A stretch of DNA of 64,000 nt. Origin: Amoebophrya sp. A120. Taxonomy: Eukaryota > Protista > Dinoflagellata. A program made the position numbers and the translations under genes. The stretch's first letter is position 1; the number at the start of each line of letters is the position of its first letter. The notes under the pieces are model-generated. The model was not told where the DNA came from. It made no database searches and was given only the letters and a program-made list of their open reading frames with translations. Below are positions 59,856 to 64,000 of the stretch, in pieces. The stretch is from the NCBI GenBank assembly GCA_905178155.1, contig CAJINV010000004.1, positions 2,854,460 through 2,918,459 of the forward strand. The letters run 5' to 3'.

Positions 59856-62800
59856 TCAGACGAAGTTCGTTAATGCATTGCCCTCGTCCACAAATTCCTC
59901 GTCGGCTTGCGTCAACAGCCGAAAATGCTGGTGGTACGCGATGCCGATGGTTTTGATCGGTCCCTCCTCCATCACCGTGAACCGCGCCCCGTTCGCCGTG
60001 AACAGCAACGCCCACGGCTCCGTCACGTTGTGCCGTGTCGCGTCGTGGAACTGCAGCACCACCGTAAACGGGGCGGTCCGGCTGACGTGCCAAAACCCTT
60101 CCACCGCGTGAAGCTCGTAGGACTTCGCGTTATTATTTCTGGCAGAGTATAACGCGTGCTGTTCCTGTGGAGGAGATGGCGCAGCTTGTGCTTGATCTCC
60201 TGATCCGGAAAGGCTTGGAGTTGCAGAAGAACCAGTGGGAATACTAGCTCCGCCTTCCCCTGAAGCGGAAGCTGCAGATGGAAACAAACTCGTTCCCGCC
60301 CACGCTGCCAGGGAGTCCGACTTGTGACCCGGCGGTAGTTATCCATGGGAAATATGTCTGAGTGTCTGGAAGATTGCAACAGTTTTTGTCAACCTTGTCT
60401 GGCAGGACTCTGAGCTAGTTCGTGACGCATAGCCACGAACGAATCGCCTTGGCTGTAGTCTTGCTGCAAAAGCGCAGTCTACACATGGCAGCCCAAACAC
60501 TTGGCGTGCGCGACCACGGATCGCTACTTGCAGTGCACTCATCACAGTCATCATAGTCATTCCCACAGAGTTGCATTTTTACAATTTTCCAGACCGTCAG
60601 ACACTTTCGCAATGGATATTAGATGCGGAAAGTGTCGCAATCCCAGCTCGACCTGTCGCAGGTTTTGCTCGTAGATGTTCTGCATCAGCTGCGCCTCTAT
60701 GCATCGCAAAAGTAATATGAATATCGCACCAATTGTACTGTTGTAAAAATAGAATCACAACTTTGTTTTTCAGAAAGAAAGATCGGTGGATTTTCATCCA
60801 CTTACCAATTTGCTTGGGAGGACGAAAAAGGTGTGCACAAGTATGGTCATGCATGCCTGTTGCCATCGTAAATCACCCAATATTCGACGTACTACGAGGA
60901 CTCCGATACTTTTGCACGCGGGGGATACCTTCCGGAGCGAGAGGGGGGTGGTGCTTCGTCCTCCGGGAAAGGGACGTGGGAGTCCCGTAAGTATAACCCG
61001 CTCCTGTTGAACCACCAGAATCCACACGATAATTTCTCTCCACCTGCTGGGATAGCACCAAGCGAAACCGGTTTCTCTTGCGGAATTGCAGGTACCCGGA
61101 CACCCGCTGGAGACCCTGGCTGCGACCGCCTTCGAACACGTGGGGGATGGACTCGAGGATTATCCACAAAAAAACAACCATCCCCACCCTCCAATTTGTC
61201 ATGCAAAACACGTATGATTGAAGTTCTGTGTTTGTCATGCGTAAAATGGATGGTGGGGTTGTTTTTTCCTGGATAAGCATCCCGAGCGGCAAGGCTGGAA
61301 AGACGTCCATGAAGTGCTGTTGGAAGCGGGCGTTGTCGGCCTGCCACTGCAGGTCGTGCATGCAGAAGACGCCGTAGTTGAGAATGGACCTCTCCAGCAG
61401 CTGCCGCACCACTGGGCGGACGAGCAAGTTGCCGGTGCCAGAGGCTTCGTGTTCGTACTGGTAGAGCGTTTGCGGCTTCAACAGGATGGGCCGTGGGTCG
61501 TGCTTGATGTGGTCGAAAAGGTTTTCGAAAAGATTCTCCATTTTCCTCTGCTCGGAAAGATCAACATTCGACGAAGAAGCACTATTTCTACCCACGCCCG
61601 TCCGCAACGCCCAGTCCGCAAAGTCTCGGTAGACTTTCAGCATCTCATCGCGGCACTCGTGCAGGTCGCGGTGGAACCGCAGCAGGTTCTCTTCCGTATC
61701 CCGCCCGACGTCGCGCAGCCGGCAGGCGTGGCGGGAGGCAAACAGCCGCTCTCGGAGGTAGATATTGATATTGTTGGCATCGTTGTTCATCATGTTCGTG
61801 GAGCTGCTGGAGTGCTGCTTGATGTTCTTCTTGTCCACGATTTGTAGTTTATTTTCCGATTCCGCAAACCACTCTTTCGAAACGAACTGCGGTTTCAGTT
61901 CGACCAACAGCCCCTCCGGGTGCGTCGGAAAAAACGCGGCTTCCGGACGGGCGGCGGAAAGCATGCGGCCCTCGCGGTGGACCCACGGGCGTGTTGACGA
62001 GGAGGGGAATGGTGGTGGGCGAGTTTTTACTCCTGTTGTTCCAACAACTTCATTCTCTTCAGGACCTTGCTGTTCCCACCCTGTTCCCGACAGGTACTCG
62101 TCGAGTTTCGGCTGAAATTCCGCTTCCCAGCGGGTTTTCTGAACTTGGGGCTGCTGGTGCGCGGTTAGAGGTGGTTCTTCTTGCTTTTCGACGTTTTGGT
62201 CGTCATTTTCAGCCGCCGGTGGACACTGCAGCATGTGCGCCGCGTCGTTTTCGCCCCAGTTGTGCGGGAATCCGGAGCCGATGTGCTTCCACTTGGCCGC
62301 GAAGAAAGAGGTCAAGCCTGTGTCCTTAATCGCCTGCATGACGCCGGGAAAATAGAAGTCGTGGAAGATCAGCGTGTGGACGCAGCACGCCAGCTTCGAC
62401 AGCACTGCGTTAATGTCGAATAGCACCGCCGCGTGATCGTGCAGGGCGTCGATGAAGACGACGTCGATTCGGGTCGAGGAGAGCGCTAGCGGCCACGTGG
62501 CCCCCTCCTGATACAGGTCGAAGTTGAGCTTCAACAGATTCGGGTAGTTCGGCACCACCAGTTTGGTCAGCTGCGTCCGCTTCTCGATGCAGATCACCCG
62601 GTGGAAGAGCTTTACACGGATTTATCATTGTACAGGCGGCAGGGACGAGGAACAAAGGTGCTTTCACTGGTGGCGGTTGAGAATTTGATAATATCGATGT
62701 GAATGTACTACCTACGCTACAACTAAATGCAGAAAATACACACAAGTCAGGTCGTCTACCAGGGGGCCCCCAGGGCTCCTTCTCAACTCAATGCGAAAGT

Positions 62801-64000
62801 GAGCAAGTCAGTACCCACATTGCCCTTGTTACCGAAGCTTCTGCGAAAAAAGAAGCAACAATGCTCCTCACACCGCCACGATCGCTGAGCTTTATTAGAT
62901 GAAGGCTCTAGAAGCCAGGTGCGTTCTCCATGACACTGAAGAAGCCGCCGATCTTATCAACGCTATTTTGGATTCGATAATACACGTCGCAATTTTTCCA
63001 TGACGCCTGGCAGGATTTTCATTTGCGTTTCTTACAGTATCCGCGTGGTTTCTCCGCTGGCGCATCCCAATTCCAGAATGGTCTCGTTTTGTCGCCGGCC
63101 GAGAGGTATGCGTTGCAAATAACTATGCCTGGTGGACCTGCTGAAAAAGTCGGAATTGTCTTACTCGTCTGGCACTCCAGGGAAATCGGTACTGCATGAG
63201 TGACTAAGACCCCAGCAGCTTCATTTGTCATGCAAAAACGCAGTTACCATCTGTAAATTGTAGAGCGCATGACCACCACAGAGGGTCCACCGACAAACAT
63301 GTCATGCAGCGTGGCTGCAGTGAGGAGTAGCGCTTCCTTCATGCAAACTGCAACTTCCGCATCACAAATTAGCTCGCTCCAGACGGTCGAGACATATATC
63401 TATTTGCGATGGATAAAACGGAAATGTTTGATCAGGTCGTGGTGGAGCTTGGAGTATCCCGTGCGAAAGCAATGTCGCGCGTGTTGTAATCCTCAGCATC
63501 ACAAATTTTATTTTTCTCAATTTGTCATGTTGACCGAGCTTAAATTTCAACTTGCAATGCCAATGCAGTTACGACTAGCGCAGACTTGTTCTACTTTTGC
63601 AATTCGTATGGACGTGGTCAACGTTTGATTCGCCTGCCGGTCGGAAAACGTGCTGTACGTTTCAAACCGAGCGGAGCCGTCCCCGTCTTCCGCGTCACCA
63701 GCAGGAAGAGTGCTTTTCTCTGGAAGATGTTGAGCAAACACGCCGGCATAGCGGAACTCCGGGAACTGCGGTCCAAAGAGTTCTGTTTCGTTCTGCAGGA
63801 ATTGCGCTGCGTGCACAATCCGCTCGTCTGCTTCATCGGGTGGACGAGGTGACGCAGGCATATGCATACCTTCGTCGTCGAACACGGCCGCGTGTTGCCG
63901 CGGTTCGGTCCTGTGCCCGTTCGTCGCCTTAACAACCCGCTCTCGAACCGAGTCACTTCCCACTGCCCGCGGTCTGCGAAACGGGTAGCGCCCGATCGAC
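59856..64000 (-). CDS. Class I SAM-dependent methyltransferase (Methyltransf_24-like), 5' end probably beyond the window
   Basis: LTTSKLHHDLIKHF, motif I NETILELGCASGETTRIL (~63035-63090), LFHRVICIE, IDVVFIDALHDHAAVLFDI..LIFHDF. The C-terminal exons join in frame across the elements at 60698 and 60340. Confidence 0.75.
60340..60618. mobile_element. Introner, B-like
   Basis: tatccatgggaaa..tgtctg / cagacactttcgcaatggata; flanks gtagt/ttaga; frame restored. Confidence 0.7.
60698..60927. mobile_element. Introner, family A, decayed
   Basis: tatgcatcgcaaaagta..tacttttgcacgcgggggata; flanks gcctc/ccttc. Confidence 0.7.
61161..61275. mobile_element. Introner, family F (reverse of 1581/52978)
   Basis: DR aggat/agcat. 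Confidence 0.85.
63107..63415. mobile_element. Introner, B-like, decayed
   Basis: tatgcgttgcaaata..tatttgcgatggata; joins KHFR|LGRRQNETILELG. Confidence 0.7.
63455..63608. mobile_element. Introner, family A (right end GTA)
   Basis: DR tggag/tggac; joins LTTS|KLHH. Confidence 0.75.

Noticed and set aside
1-64000. Stop-codon reassignment explaining fragmented ORFs
   Set aside because: The breaks coincide with elements or introns, and the reconstructed exons (up to 4.2 kb) are open in the standard code.

Overview
Eukaryotic (alveolate/dinoflagellate-like) genomic DNA with nine protein-coding genes, all on the minus strand: a partial hypothetical gene, an EI24/CysZ-like membrane protein, Brix-domain Ssf1/PPAN, symplekin, a class I SAM methyltransferase, CFAP45, two tandem equilibrative nucleoside transporters and a very large EF-hand/C2-like protein. 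A tenth gene, a second SAM methyltransferase, runs off the right end. The dominant feature is about 59 short (109-477 bp) MITE-like elements inside coding exons, roughly 13 kb in total. Each starts TAT and ends ATA, has terminal inverted repeats and is flanked by a 5-bp direct repeat. At the junctions I translated, removing the element plus one repeat restores the reading frame, so they behave as non-GT-AG introns (introners). This matches what is published for the parasitic dinoflagellate Amoebophrya (A120-type TAT introners); the species assignment is inferred, not verified. Beyond that basic picture: (i) copies of the same family occur in both orientations relative to host genes; (ii) mismatches in the direct repeats point to a fixed splice register (NN-TAT...ATA-NNN) that drifts towards GT-AG; (iii) a GCAT[GTC]ACA motif is shared across unrelated families and survives in TIR-less introns; (iv) a second class of insertions has long (10-76 bp) target duplications, and two of these can be removed as GT-AG introns. 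No transposase was found. Coordinates were counted by eye and exon structures are inferred without transcripts.
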